NCBI RefSeq assembly: GCF_046237605.1
Contig: NZ_CP143542.1
Span: 1,136,887-1,168,886, forward strand
DNA: 32,000 bases
Reading direction: 5' to 3'
Source of the DNA: Paraperibacillus marinus
Lineage (GTDB): Bacteria > Bacillota > Bacilli > Bacillales > DSM-1321
This document shows positions 8,191 to 17,308 of this stretch, in pieces (position 1 is the stretch's first letter; every line of letters begins with the position of its first letter). The notes beneath the pieces were generated by a model, which worked only from the letters and a program-made list of their open reading frames with translations, had not been told where the DNA came from and made no database searches. A program made the position numbers and the translations under genes.

Positions 8191-8904
8191 ATGAAAAAAA
8201 GTGCAGAGATCGCCGGGCTTCCCATCATCAGCATCCAGGACGGAATACAGATCGGAAGCGTAAAGAACCTTGTTTTAAATCCGGAAAAGGGAACGATAGA
8301 GTTCTTGACCATCGAACATGAGGAATGGGAGGAGAATGTGAAGGCCATTCCGTTCAAGAAGGTTGTAGGGATTGGAGAATATGCGCTGACTATTGAAAAC
8401 GGAAACGCGGTCATCGACCTTGCTGAACTGCCTGTGGTCAACGAGCTCGTGACAAAAGGCATCCGCATCAGCGGTACCCGGGTCATGACAAGGAAGGGAC
8501 AGCTTCTGGGCGAGGCTGTGGAATTCTTTACGGATGATGAGAGCGGGCAGGTCATCGGTATGGTTCTGTGCATTAAGGGCGGAGAGAGATTCCTTGCTGC
8601 CGAATTTGTGCAGACCTATGGACGTGACATCATTATTGTCCAAGAGGAAGCAGAGGGAAATCTGGAGCCGTTAAAAGATAGTGAGATCAGTGTGTACAAC
8701 AAGGAGGAAGGCGGGGCCATTCCTTCCATCCGGCATAAACAGATTGAGCTTCTGAGCGGCAAAAGGGTGATGAAGGATATTCTTTCCGGTACAGGCGAGG
8801 TCCTGATTGCAGAAGGGACATTCCTTTCGGCGGAAGATGTAGAAAAGGCACAGGAAGAGGGCCCTGGAGTGATTGTCGAGCTTTCCATGAGTGTCGAAGG
8901 CTAA
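8191..8904 (+). CDS. Double PRC-barrel domain protein
   Basis: RBS AGGTGAG lies upstream of ATG 8191; the ORF-track start at 8155 overlaps the previous stop and lacks an RBS. Two PRC-barrel-like segments (AEIAGLPIISIQDGIQIGSVKNLVLNPEKGTIEFLTIE; GIRISGTRVMTRKGQLLGEAVEFFTDDESGQVIGMVL) plus a third related C-terminal segment (LLSGKRVMKDILSGTGEVLIAEGTFLS). Confidence 0.6.
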   Translation: MKKSAEIAGLPIISIQDGIQIGSVKNLVLNPEKGTIEFLTIEHEEWEENVKAIPFKKVVGIGEYALTIENGNAVIDLAELPVVNELVTKGIRISGTRVMTRKGQLLGEAVEFFTDDESGQVIGMVLCIKGGERFLAAEFVQTYGRDIIIVQEEAEGNLEPLKDSEISVYNKEEGGAIPSIRHKQIELLSGKRVMKDILSGTGEVLIAEGTFLSAEDVEKAQEEGPGVIVELSMSVEG

Positions 8905-8924
8905 TGCAAAGCGGGGAATAAAGT

Positions 8925-10319
8925 GTGAGGAACCAGGACAGCCTAAAAATTTTATTGACGCTCCTGCTGGCAACAGCTTTCATTTTCTCTTTCTCGCATT
9001 TTGGCGCTAAGGCCTATACTTCCTATTTTATTGCAGGGGAGCTGTATGGAGAAGGGACAGCGGTGGGAAGTCTCGATGTTGCAGGCAGGACAAGGGCGGA
9101 AGCAGCCGCCCTTATTGAGGAGAAGAGCGAGGAATGGAAGAAAGCTGTAAAGCTCACCCTCGCCTATAAAGAAAAAAAGACAGCAGTCAGTACCAAGGAT
9201 TTCACTTTTCTCAAAGAAAAGACGGTATCAGACTTATCTTCCGGCAGAAAGACTCTCGCATCTGTCGAATTGCCGGATGACAGTGTCAAGGATATGCTCC
9301 TTAAGGTTTCCAGCTCCATTGCCTCAGATGATGTGGAGATAGACAAGTTGAAAAAGGACTTGATGATCAGTGCCACCATGCTTGAAGCAGGCAGCTATGT
9401 ACTGAACCTTGAAAGCTATATCCCCGGCTCCGACCGGGAGGAAGTCATCAATACGGCCTCGGTTTCAGGCGGTCAGAATGCAAACGAATTGGAGCGGCTG
9501 GCAAAAGCGGGACCCGTGATTGAGATTCCTGCAGGCGCTCCGTTCTCCCTGCAGAAAAACCTGCTTGAAAAGCTTGACCTGAAGCTGACAGCCGGGGCAG
9601 AGAGCAGGCTTGCCACCGCTGTCTATCAGGTGATCGGCAGGACGAACTTTGAAATGATAGAACGCCATATCAGCAGGGAGCTGCCTGATTATGCAGAGCT
9701 CGGCGTAGAAGCAAAGGCTGACAGCAGGAATAAGCTGGATTTGATCTTTTACAACCCGAATAAATACGGCTTTAAACTGGCTTTTGCCATCGAAGGGGAC
9801 CGCCTGGCGGTCAAGCTTTCCGGCCGTCCATTTTTATACAGCTATGAAATTGCCAAGCGGGATCAAAAATCATTTGATCCGAAGGCTGTCCTCCATTTCA
9901 AACCCCAGCTTTCTTTTCCGCAGACGGTGATTGAAAAGGATGGCAAAGAAGGGCAGCTTGTGAGGATGTACCGGAATACAGTGGATGAGAAAGGCAGGCA
10001 GGTAAAAAGCGTGCTATTATCAGAGGACTTTTATGCACCGGTTTACAGCATCCATGACATAGGCTTGATCAAGCCGCTTCCAGAGATTATCCTGAGCGAT
10101 GAAACACTGCCTTTTGAAGAAGAAGAAGAAGAACCGGCGGCAGAGGATGACAGCGGTTCTGCCGTGGAAGATAACACCGAAGATCCGGCAGCAGAAGAAG
10201 ACAGTGAAAACACGCCTGATCCAGGCACAGAAGAAACAGAGTATCCCGATGATACAGATGAAATTGAGGTAGATCCAGATCCGCTGCAGGAAGATCTTCC
10301 TGCCGGGGATACCCGATAA
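8925..10319 (+). CDS. Membrane-anchored VanW-like (YoaR-type) protein with possible G5-like segment and poly-acidic C-terminal tail
   Basis: GTG start with GGGGA 8 nt upstream. N-terminal anchor LKILLTLLLATAFIFSFSHF. The core ATAVYQVIGRTNFEMIERHISRELPDYAELGVEAKADSRNKLDLIFYNPNKYGFKLAFAIEGDRLAVKLSG matches the VanW-domain pattern as I recall it (S..LYNA...GL.IVER..HS......G.DA.V.....DL.F.N......I......G.L.V.I.G). The tail is EEEEEEPAAEDDSGSAVEDNTEDPAAEEDSEN... Confidence 0.55.
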   Translation: MRNQDSLKILLTLLLATAFIFSFSHFGAKAYTSYFIAGELYGEGTAVGSLDVAGRTRAEAAALIEEKSEEWKKAVKLTLAYKEKKTAVSTKDFTFLKEKTVSDLSSGRKTLASVELPDDSVKDMLLKVSSSIASDDVEIDKLKKDLMISATMLEAGSYVLNLESYIPGSDREEVINTASVSGGQNANELERLAKAGPVIEIPAGAPFSLQKNLLEKLDLKLTAGAESRLATAVYQVIGRTNFEMIERHISRELPDYAELGVEAKADSRNKLDLIFYNPNKYGFKLAFAIEGDRLAVKLSGRPFLYSYEIAKRDQKSFDPKAVLHFKPQLSFPQTVIEKDGKEGQLVRMYRNTVDEKGRQVKSVLLSEDFYAPVYSIHDIGLIKPLPEIILSDETLPFEEEEEEPAAEDDSGSAVEDNTEDPAAEEDSENTPDPGTEETEYPDDTDEIEVDPDPLQEDLPAGDTR

Positions 10320-10347
10320 AAATTACCGATAAAGGCGGGGAACCACA

Positions 10348-12009
10348 ATGACACAGACCCGTAAGCGCCTTGGGGATTTATTAGTTGAAGCTGGTCTGAT
10401 TTCTGAGGATCAGCTTCATTCGGCTTTAAAAGATAAAGGCGCAGGCCAGAGGCTTGGAGATGTATTGCTGCAAAAGGGCTATATCACAGAATTGCAGCTG
10501 ATCGAAGTGCTCGAGGTGCAGCTTGGGATTCCCCATGTCAGTCTGTACCGCTTCCCATTCGATACGAAGCTGTTTTCGCTGGTGAGCAAGGACTATGCGA
10601 AGCGGAATCTTGTAATTCCCTTAAAGCGTGAAGGCGACAGGCTCCTGATTGCCATGGCGGATCCAATGGACTTTTATGCCATTGATGACCTGAGGCTTGC
10701 AACAGGATTCCAGATTGAAGCGGCGATCGCAACAAAGGATGATATTCTCCGTTCCATCCAAAAATATTATGATTCAAACGAGAATTTTGAAGAACTGCTT
10801 GGGGATTCCCCGCAGCAGGAAGCCGTCGAGGAAGACAAAATAACAGATCAGGACTCGCCGGTTGTCCGCCTGGTCAACCAGCTCATATCCGCAGCTGTCA
10901 CCCAGAAGGCGAGTGACATCCACATCGATCCCCAGGAAACCAGGGTTGTAATCCGGAACCGGATTGACGGCGTCCTTCGCATCGAGAGGGTGCTCCCGAA
11001 GCATATGCAGAGCGTCCTCACGGCCAGGATCAAAATTCTGGCCAATCTGGATATAACCGAGCACCGGGTGCCGCAGGACGGCCGGATCAAGATCAATCTC
11101 GATTTCCATCCGGTCGATCTTCGTGTATCTTCACTGCCGACCATCTATGGCGAAAAAATCGTGCTGCGGATCCTGGATCTCGGCAGCTCGCTGAATGACC
11201 TGAACCAGCTTGGCTTCAATAAGCTGAATCTGCAGCGCTTCCTGAACATGATCGATAAGCCGTCCGGCATCGTGCTGATCACCGGCCCGACCGGATCTGG
11301 AAAGTCTTCGACCCTCTATGCCGCTTTAAATAAGCTGAACAGTGAAGAAGTGAATATCATCACGGTGGAAGACCCGGTAGAGTACCAGCTTGAAGGAATC
11401 AACCAGATTCAGGTGAACCCGAACGTGGGAATGACCTTTGCAGCCGGGCTCCGCTCCATCCTCCGGCAAGATCCGAATGTAATCATGGTCGGTGAGATCC
11501 GTGATAAGGAAACCGTGGAAATCGCAATCAGGGCCTCACTTACAGGACATCTGGTCCTGAGCACCATTCATACAAATGACTCGATCAGTACGATAACAAG
11601 GCTGATGGATATGGGAGTGGAGCCATTCCTGCTTGCCTCTTCACTGAGCGGAATTGTCGCCCAGCGCCTTGTCAGAAGGGTGTGCAGGGACTGTGCCGGG
11701 GAACAGGCCCCATCGAAGCGGGAAATTGAAATCTTTGCCCGCCGGGGGATGAAAATTGAAAAAATCATCAGGGGAAAAGGCTGCGCCTCCTGCAATATGA
11801 CCGGCTATAAAGGCCGGATTGCCATCCATGAAATCCTCGTCCTGAACGATGAGATGAAACGGGTGATCATGAATGGGGAAGCCTTTACCGGGCTCAGGGA
11901 TCTGGCTGTAAAGAGCAAGACGGTCTTTTTGATCGATGACGGACTGCTTAAGGTGAAGCAGGGCTACACCACCACAGAGGAAGTTCTTCGGGTCGCCATG
12001 CCCGAGTAG
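10348..12009 (+). CDS. pilB: Type IV pilus assembly (extension) ATPase PilB (GspE family)
   Basis: Walker A GPTGSGKSS. GspE-type core (VPQDGRI..., RQDPNVIMVGEIRD, HLVLSTIHTND). Tetracysteine CRDC...CASC. N-terminal MshEN/T2SSE_N-like domain with two RLGxxLL..G motifs. Confidence 0.93.
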   Translation: MTQTRKRLGDLLVEAGLISEDQLHSALKDKGAGQRLGDVLLQKGYITELQLIEVLEVQLGIPHVSLYRFPFDTKLFSLVSKDYAKRNLVIPLKREGDRLLIAMADPMDFYAIDDLRLATGFQIEAAIATKDDILRSIQKYYDSNENFEELLGDSPQQEAVEEDKITDQDSPVVRLVNQLISAAVTQKASDIHIDPQETRVVIRNRIDGVLRIERVLPKHMQSVLTARIKILANLDITEHRVPQDGRIKINLDFHPVDLRVSSLPTIYGEKIVLRILDLGSSLNDLNQLGFNKLNLQRFLNMIDKPSGIVLITGPTGSGKSSTLYAALNKLNSEEVNIITVEDPVEYQLEGINQIQVNPNVGMTFAAGLRSILRQDPNVIMVGEIRDKETVEIAIRASLTGHLVLSTIHTNDSISTITRLMDMGVEPFLLASSLSGIVAQRLVRRVCRDCAGEQAPSKREIEIFARRGMKIEKIIRGKGCASCNMTGYKGRIAIHEILVLNDEMKRVIMNGEAFTGLRDLAVKSKTVFLIDDGLLKVKQGYTTTEEVLRVAMPE

Positions 12010-12020
12010 GAGTGAAGCAG

Positions 12021-13073
12021 ATGGCAATTGATATTGAACATATACTTCGTGCAGGCTATGAATTGAAGGCATCTGATATCCACCTGACCGTTGGGGTCCC
12101 GCCTGTTATGCGCATAAACGGCGATCTGAAGCGGTATGGAAAGGACGTTCTGGCACCCGGGGATACAGAGAATATGGCAAGGAAAATTGTACCCGGGGAT
12201 ATGTGGGAAACTTTCAAGGAGCGGGGGGAGCTTGACTTTTCTTACGGTCTCGCAGGGGTTTCGCGGTTCAGGGTGAATGCATACCACCAGCGGGCTTGCA
12301 TATCGCTTGCCATCCGCATCGTGCCGAGGCGGATTCCGGCCCTTGATGAGCTGGGACTGCCGGAGGTGCTGAAAAAGGTGGCAGAGAAGCCGCACGGCCT
12401 CGTCCTGGTGACTGGTCCAACCGGGAGCGGGAAGTCTACGACGCTTGCCTCGATGATTTCGTACATAAACCAGACGATGAAAAAGCATATCGTGACCCTG
12501 GAGGATCCGATTGAATATCTGCATAAGCACGGCAGCTGCATTATTGACCAGCGGGAAATCGGCTTTGACACCAACAGCTTTGCCAACGGACTCCGGGCAG
12601 CGCTCCGCCAGGATCCTGATGTGATTCTTGTTGGCGAAATGCGTGATCTTGAAACGATCCAGACAGCCATCACCGCAGCGGAGACAGGCCACCTCGTTTT
12701 CGGGACTCTCCATACATCCAGTGCGCCGTCGACAATCGATAGGATCATAGATGTCTTCCCGGCCGACCAGCAGCCGCAGATCCGCATTCAGCTGGCATCG
12801 GTACTCGTGGCCATCGTCTCCCAGCGGCTGTTTCCGACGGCCGCCCGCGACGGACGTGCCGCCGCGACCGAGATATTGATCAATAATCCGGCGATCGCCA
12901 ATTTGATACGCAATGAGAAAATCCACCAGATTGCCAGTGTGATCCAGACATCAAAGGCACAGGGGATGCATACACTGGAAAGCCAGATCAAGGACATGCT
13001 TGCTGCCGGACGGATATCCCGTGAAGCGGCTTCCGTCTTTTTACAGGAGAAGATAGAAAATGGCCAGATATAA
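12021..13073 (+). CDS. pilT: Twitching-motility (retraction) ATPase PilT
   Basis: ~350 aa. RBS GGAG lies 8 nt before ATG 12021; the GTG at 12012 is the alternative start. ASDIHLTVG.PP..RI.G, Walker A GPTGSGKST, RQDPDVILVGEMRD, HLVFGTLHTSSA, and AIANLIRNEKIHQI (the PilT-specific AIRNLIRE-type signature). Confidence 0.92.
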   Translation: MAIDIEHILRAGYELKASDIHLTVGVPPVMRINGDLKRYGKDVLAPGDTENMARKIVPGDMWETFKERGELDFSYGLAGVSRFRVNAYHQRACISLAIRIVPRRIPALDELGLPEVLKKVAEKPHGLVLVTGPTGSGKSTTLASMISYINQTMKKHIVTLEDPIEYLHKHGSCIIDQREIGFDTNSFANGLRAALRQDPDVILVGEMRDLETIQTAITAAETGHLVFGTLHTSSAPSTIDRIIDVFPADQQPQIRIQLASVLVAIVSQRLFPTAARDGRAAATEILINNPAIANLIRNEKIHQIASVIQTSKAQGMHTLESQIKDMLAAGRISREAASVFLQEKIENGQI

Positions 13074-14271
13074 ATATAGCGGCCGTGACCGGAGGGGCGC
13101 AAGATCCGGCGTGATTACCGCAGCCAATAAGAGGGAAGCGGCAGCCAGGCTCCGTGAAGACGGCATAAAGGTAATGGAAGTCACTGAAGTCCCGGAAACG
13201 GTACTGACAAAGGATATCGTGATCGGAAATCCGGTCAGGCTCCAGCACTTCGTCGTGTACCTCAGACAGTTTTCCACCCTGCTGAAGGCCGGCGTCACGG
13301 TCGTGGATGCCACCAATATCCTGTCTGTGCAGACAGAAAGCAAATACTTGAAGAAAGCACTGCAGGACATCGAGGCCGATCTCCGGGAGGGACATCCGCT
13401 CTCTGAGGCGGCAGCCAGGCATAAAAGGATCTTCTCGCCGCTCTTCATCAACATGGTGAAGGCCGGCGAGGCAGGGGGAAATCTAGACGGAACGCTCGAG
13501 CGCCTGGCCGATCATTTTGAAAAGCAGCACAGCACGCGTCAGAAGATCACGTCGGCACTGGCCTACCCTTCCGTCGTGGCGGTCATCGCGGTCGGCGTCG
13601 TCATCTTCCTGCTTGTGTCGGTTGTACCGACATTTGTAGACATGTTTGCCGATTTCGGGGGCGAGCTGCCAGCCATCACTCAATTCGTGCTCAGTGCGAG
13701 TGATTTTATGCAAAAGTCCTGGTATTTCATCATCCTCCTGTTCCTGCTTGCAGCAGGGGGGATTGCGGCGGTCCGCAGGAACCGGAAAACAAAATATTAT
13801 CTCGATTACTTTGTGCTTCGCCTGCCGATATTCGGAAGCATGATTCAAAAGGCGGTCCTGGCCCGGATGACCCGGACGCTGAGCTCGCTGTTCACAAGCT
13901 CCGTCCCAATCCTTCAGGCAATGACAATTGTCGAGAAGGTTGTGGAAAATGAAGTGGTCGCCCGTGTAGTCAGGGAATCACGGTCATCCCTGGAACAGGG
14001 CCGATCCATCACAGAGCCCATGAAAAAACACTGGGCCTTCCCGCCGCTGATCACCCAGATGATCGCGATCGGTGAAGAAACAGGATCGCTCGATGCTATG
14101 CTCGGGAAGGTGGCCGACTTCTACGAAAAAGAAGTAGAAAATAGCACAGAGCGGCTCAAATCACTGATCGAACCTCTGATGATTGTTGTGCTAGCCGGCC
14201 TTGTCGGGACTATTGTCATAGCGATCATGGTGCCGATGTTTGAGATTTTCAATGAAGTAGGCAATCAATAG
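13060..14271 (+). CDS. pilC: Type IV pilus platform protein PilC (GspF family)
   Basis: 403 aa with the duplicated GspF-type architecture: two cytoplasmic helical domains, each followed by TM segments. Motifs: EAGGNLDGTL, IGEETGSLDAML. Overlaps the pilT stop by 14 nt. Confidence 0.9.
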   Translation: MARYKYSGRDRRGARSGVITAANKREAAARLREDGIKVMEVTEVPETVLTKDIVIGNPVRLQHFVVYLRQFSTLLKAGVTVVDATNILSVQTESKYLKKALQDIEADLREGHPLSEAAARHKRIFSPLFINMVKAGEAGGNLDGTLERLADHFEKQHSTRQKITSALAYPSVVAVIAVGVVIFLLVSVVPTFVDMFADFGGELPAITQFVLSASDFMQKSWYFIILLFLLAAGGIAAVRRNRKTKYYLDYFVLRLPIFGSMIQKAVLARMTRTLSSLFTSSVPILQAMTIVEKVVENEVVARVVRESRSSLEQGRSITEPMKKHWAFPPLITQMIAIGEETGSLDAMLGKVADFYEKEVENSTERLKSLIEPLMIVVLAGLVGTIVIAIMVPMFEIFNEVGNQ

Positions 14272-14384
14272 CGACAAATTTCCTACTTTTTTTAAAAAAC
14301 TATATCGAACAGACTGTTCAGTATAGTATAATCCTATATATAAATTTACAAAAATAGTAAAATATTACTAGGGAGGAAAAACTA

Positions 14385-14855
14385 GTGTTAAAGAAACTCT
14401 TAAAAAATGAACGCGGACTTACCCTGATCGAACTATTAGCTGTCGTCGTCATCCTTGGAATCATTGCAGCCATTGCCATACCAAGCATCGGGGGCCTTAT
14501 TGATAACTCGAAAAAGGATGCTCATGTGGGTAATGCACAGCAGATGCTAAATTCTGCTAAGATTTATGCAACAGGAAATGCAGAGGATATAGGAACTTCT
14601 CCTGTTAAGGTAACATTGGAAACCATGGAAAATACTAATTTAATCGATCCGATTAAAGACCCAGATAAACAATCGGGAGATTATATTGAGAAAGAATCTT
14701 TTGTTACAATTTCAAAAACTGATAATAAATTTACCTATACAGTTACTTTAACAAACGGCAAACGGGGTATCTTTGGTAAGACTGCTGCTGATCTAAAGAG
14801 AAGCGCAGTTGAAGATGTTAAGGCTGCGCCTCCTGCATCTGAGGGTAATCAATAA
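14385..14855 (+). CDS. pilA: Major type IV pilin (PilA-like)
   Basis: GTG start 8 nt after GGGAGG. Class III signal peptide MLKKLLKNERG|LTLIELLAVVVILGIIAAIAIP (Gly-1, Glu+5). 156 aa. Preceded by a 113-bp AT-rich spacer with a TATAAT box, which suggests its own promoter. Confidence 0.85.
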   Translation: MLKKLLKNERGLTLIELLAVVVILGIIAAIAIPSIGGLIDNSKKDAHVGNAQQMLNSAKIYATGNAEDIGTSPVKVTLETMENTNLIDPIKDPDKQSGDYIEKESFVTISKTDNKFTYTVTLTNGKRGIFGKTAADLKRSAVEDVKAAPPASEGNQ

Positions 14856-15611
14856 TTGAATTTAGTAATTTTCTTTTACTTATTTTTTTTAGGGCTTATC
14901 CTCGGCTCCTTCTACAACGTAGTCGGACTCCGGGTGCCGCTGAAAAAGTCCATCGTTTATCCGCGCTCAGCCTGTCCGTACTGCAAGCATGTGCTGGGCC
15001 CGGCTGAATTGGTGCCTGTGTTGTCTTATGTAATCCAGGGAGGGAAATGCCGGAGCTGCAAGGGCCGGATTTCCCCTCTTTATCCGATGATGGAGCTGTT
15101 GACGGGTGTGCTGTTTGCGGCAAGTCCGCTACTGCTTGGCTGGACTTCGGAGCTATTTATTGCCTGGACGCTGATTTCGCTCTTTACGATCATCACGGTG
15201 ACTGATTTAAAATATATGATTATTCCTGACAAAATACTGCTCTTTTTTGCAGTAATTTTTTTGTTTGAACGGATTCTTATGCCATTGGACCCATGGTGGG
15301 ATTCGCTGCTAGGGGCGGCAGCCGGCTTTTTCTTGCTGCTGGCGATTGCCATCGTCAGCAAAGGCGGCATGGGCGGCGGGGACATCAAGCTGTTTGCCCT
15401 GATCGGCCTTGTTGTGGGTACGAAGCTCATGCTTCTGTCTTTTTTCCTGTCGACCTTTTATGGGGCAGTCCTTGGACTTGCCGGAATGAGGCTTGGGGTT
15501 GTGAAAAAAGGAAAGCCGATTCCGTTCGGCCCATTCATTGTTCTTGGAACACTGACTGCCTTCTATTTCGGACAGAAGATACTTGCCTGGTACAGCGGGC
15601 TGTTAAATTAG
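14856..15611 (+). CDS. pilD: Prepilin peptidase / N-methyltransferase (PilD/ComC family, A24 aspartic peptidase)
   Basis: TTG start directly abutting the pilA stop. CPYC...CRSC zinc motif. Multi-TM protein with IIPDK and GGMGGGDIKLFA (catalytic Asp motifs). Confidence 0.9.
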   Translation: MNLVIFFYLFFLGLILGSFYNVVGLRVPLKKSIVYPRSACPYCKHVLGPAELVPVLSYVIQGGKCRSCKGRISPLYPMMELLTGVLFAASPLLLGWTSELFIAWTLISLFTIITVTDLKYMIIPDKILLFFAVIFLFERILMPLDPWWDSLLGAAAGFFLLLAIAIVSKGGMGGGDIKLFALIGLVVGTKLMLLSFFLSTFYGAVLGLAGMRLGVVKKGKPIPFGPFIVLGTLTAFYFGQKILAWYSGLLN

Positions 15612-15635
15612 TGATTATTAAAGGGGATTCGCAGC

Positions 15636-16628
15636 ATGGGCCTTTCATTCTTCTCTCATAATAATAAAATAGTAAATCTGGTGATCCAGGACCATGCGAT
15701 CCGCTATGTTGAGCTGAAGCAGGCCGTTCCCATGACTGTCCAGAGATGGGGGGAGTACCTGCTTCCGCCGGGCTTGATCAAGGACGGAAGGATTCTGGAC
15801 AGGGACACTTTGTCCACCATTCTCGAGCAGTGTGTCTCAGAATGGAAGATCAAGAAGAGGCAGGTGCGGATCTTTGTTCCTGATCCTTTTATCGTGGTGC
15901 GGAAAATTGATGTGCCGGCCGATGTGGAGGATGATGAAATAAAGGGCTATCTGTATATGGAGCTTGGCTCAAGCATCCACCTTCCATACGATGAGCCGGT
16001 GTTTGATACGGCTGTGATCGGGGAGAAGGACGGCCGGAAGGAAATTCTGCTGTTTGCCGCCCCTGAAGATGTGGTCGGTGAATACAGCAGTCTGATGGAA
16101 GCCTGCGGTCTTGTTCCTATCGCTGCTGATGTTTCAGCGCTTTCTCTGTACCGCCTGTATCATGCTCTCGATAAATCCAGGGATCATGAGCGGCTTTTGA
16201 TGGTAGAGCTGGATGTTGGCTGCATGACCGTCAGCATCTTTGAGGAAAACCGCCCGATTTTCATGAGGCATATCCAGCTCACCGGAAGCCTCTCTTTTTG
16301 GGAAACCTCCCTGGACGGCGGCGGCTCTCAGAAGCTGGTGTACGATAAGGATCCTGCTGAATTGGAAGAGGCCGTCGAGGATATCGCCAAGGAACTTGAG
16401 AGAATAATGAACTTCTACAGATACACTCTGCACCAGGGACAGCATTCGGTCACACGGATATTGCTTGCCGGGGATAATCCTTTCATTCCGGAAGCATTTG
16501 AAGTAATGGTCACAAGATTTGGTTTGTTTGTGGACAAAATCGATCCTGAGACTATTCTGACAGCAAACCAGGCCCCAATGCCCCAATCGTATTACGCTGC
16601 GCTTGGCCTGGCGCTGAAAGAGGTGTGA
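15636..16628 (+). CDS. pilM: Type IV pilus assembly protein PilM (actin-like ATPase fold)
   Basis: 330 aa with RBS AAAGGGGA. Position immediately before pilN/pilO. PilM-like segments (VNLVIQDHAIRYVELK; PIAADVSALSLYRL; ILLAGDN). Confidence 0.8.
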   Translation: MGLSFFSHNNKIVNLVIQDHAIRYVELKQAVPMTVQRWGEYLLPPGLIKDGRILDRDTLSTILEQCVSEWKIKKRQVRIFVPDPFIVVRKIDVPADVEDDEIKGYLYMELGSSIHLPYDEPVFDTAVIGEKDGRKEILLFAAPEDVVGEYSSLMEACGLVPIAADVSALSLYRLYHALDKSRDHERLLMVELDVGCMTVSIFEENRPIFMRHIQLTGSLSFWETSLDGGGSQKLVYDKDPAELEEAVEDIAKELERIMNFYRYTLHQGQHSVTRILLAGDNPFIPEAFEVMVTRFGLFVDKIDPETILTANQAPMPQSYYAALGLALKEV

Positions 16629-16630
16629 AC

Positions 16631-17308
16631 ATGCTGGTTGAAATCAATTTACTGCCGAGAAGGCAGCCAAGGCCTTACGGATTCATCCTGTCACTTGTCA
16701 GCCTCACGCTCATCGCTGCCTTTGCCTTAGCCTTTATTCTATGGAGCTGGGATGCCAAAAGAGATGAGCTTGCATCCACAGAGCGCCAGATTCAGACCCA
16801 GCAGGAGCTGCGTGCGGCAGAAGAGCTGAAAAAGGAAAGCCTCGCCAATTCCAGTTCAGCGGTACAGCTGAACCGGACCATTGACTGGGCGGAAAACTAT
16901 GAAGTCAAGACCGTTCCGCTGCTTCAGCATTTAATTTCCCTGCTTCCGGAGCGCGGATATATCATCACATTCGAATCCGGCGATGACGGTAAAATTATGC
17001 TTGCCACCCAATTCGATACGAGCAGGGAAGCTGCTTTTTATCTGAATGAGCTGTCCACATCAAAATGGCTGAAAAAAGTCAGGATGACCACGCTTTCCAC
17101 AAAGCTTGGCAAGGTTAATGCCTTGACCGGGGAGGATGTTTCCAATAAAGAAAGTGATGATAAAAGCAAGCTGGACAATGATATATACGTTCCCCGGTAC
17201 GCAGCGGTTTATGAGTTGTTTGTAAATCAGGAGGGTGCGAAGAAAGAAGCGGCAAAGGAAGCCGGGAAGAAAAGCCTGCCTCCTAAAAAAGGGGAGGAGA
17301 GCCCATGA
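16631..17308 (+). CDS. pilN: PilN-like pilus assembly protein
   Basis: ATG 16631 lies 5 nt after GAGGTG; GTG 16625, overlapping the pilM stop, is the alternative start. N-terminus MLVEINLLPRR followed by a TM helix and a coiled-coil, the typical PilN organisation. Confidence 0.75.
   Translation: MLVEINLLPRRQPRPYGFILSLVSLTLIAAFALAFILWSWDAKRDELASTERQIQTQQELRAAEELKKESLANSSSAVQLNRTIDWAENYEVKTVPLLQHLISLLPERGYIITFESGDDGKIMLATQFDTSREAAFYLNELSTSKWLKKVRMTTLSTKLGKVNALTGEDVSNKESDDKSKLDNDIYVPRYAAVYELFVNQEGAKKEAAKEAGKKSLPPKKGEESP

Noticed and set aside
8118-8573. 151-aa minus-strand ORF, plus 8275-8643, 8616-8888, 8671-8973 and 8687-8983
   Set aside because: They are antisense to the PRC-barrel gene and the start of the VanW-like gene. 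They overlap each other in several frames and have no RBS or motifs.
11964-12926. 320-aa ORF on the minus strand
   Set aside because: It is entirely antisense to pilT, whose product has unambiguous PilT motifs. The antisense peptide is Arg/Cys/His/Pro-rich with no motifs and no RBS. This is a typical shadow ORF.
14272-14384. c-di-GMP riboswitch upstream of the major pilin (as in some Clostridia)
   Set aside because: The spacer is only 113 nt and very AT-rich. I could not see the paired GC-rich helices expected of GEMM-I/II. Regulation via the PilB MshEN-like domain seems more likely.
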